A stretch of 64,000 bases of DNA from Octopus bimaculoides (lineage: Eukaryota). Below, in pieces: positions 63,780 to 64,000 of this stretch. Under the pieces are notes generated by a model that saw nothing but the letters and a program-made list of their open reading frames with translations, made no database searches and was not told where the DNA came from. The stretch is from the NCBI RefSeq assembly GCF_001194135.2, contig NC_069004.1, positions 12,511,799-12,575,798 on the forward strand, read 5' to 3'. Positions within the stretch are counted from its first letter, which is position 1. Each line of letters starts with the position of its first letter. Made by a program: the position numbers and the translations under genes.

Positions 63780-64000
63780 CTAAAATTAAAGTTTGAAAAA
63801 GTTTTATTATTATTATTATATATATATATATTTTCATCGATGAGTTCATGAACCTTGGTTCTTATCCCTAAAACTATATATTTATATATATTTTATACTG
63901 TGAAGCTTCATTTAATTTTAATTTTTATTAAATTGATTTAAATTGAGTTTTCACCAGTAATTTTGGATTTTATCCCAAATAATATATATATATATATATA

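Overview
AT-rich, intron-rich eukaryotic genomic scaffold with 7 N-gaps. Its repeat complement (three tRNA-derived SINE families, RTE LINE tails, many MITEs, (TA)n/(ATT)n microsatellites) looks like an octopod cephalopod genome; that assignment is an inference from recalled repeat sequences. The ORF track is mostly noise, so I rebuilt four spliced genes by hand from splice sites and reading-frame continuity. (1) MTCH2-like mitochondrial carrier homolog, + strand, 10 exons at 2971-14956, with the first and last exons unresolved. (2) A complete 7-exon gene, + strand, 25439-38249, 718 aa, with the unusual order THAP - 3xC2H2 zinc finger - NLS - BTB/POZ - acidic tail. (3) AMN1 homolog (LRR protein), + strand, 44147-58323, with one internal exon missing, probably in a gap. 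(4) The last three exons of a MAPKAPK2/3 kinase, - strand, 60261-63779, convergent with AMN1. Mobile elements include a decayed Tc1 (with a SINE inserted at its start codon), a mariner fragment, RTE fragments, and hAT-, piggyBac-, pogo- and Merlin-like MITEs. The most notable observations are the THAP-ZnF-BTB chimera and a near-canonical type I hammerhead ribozyme fold at 43409-43478 upstream of AMN1.
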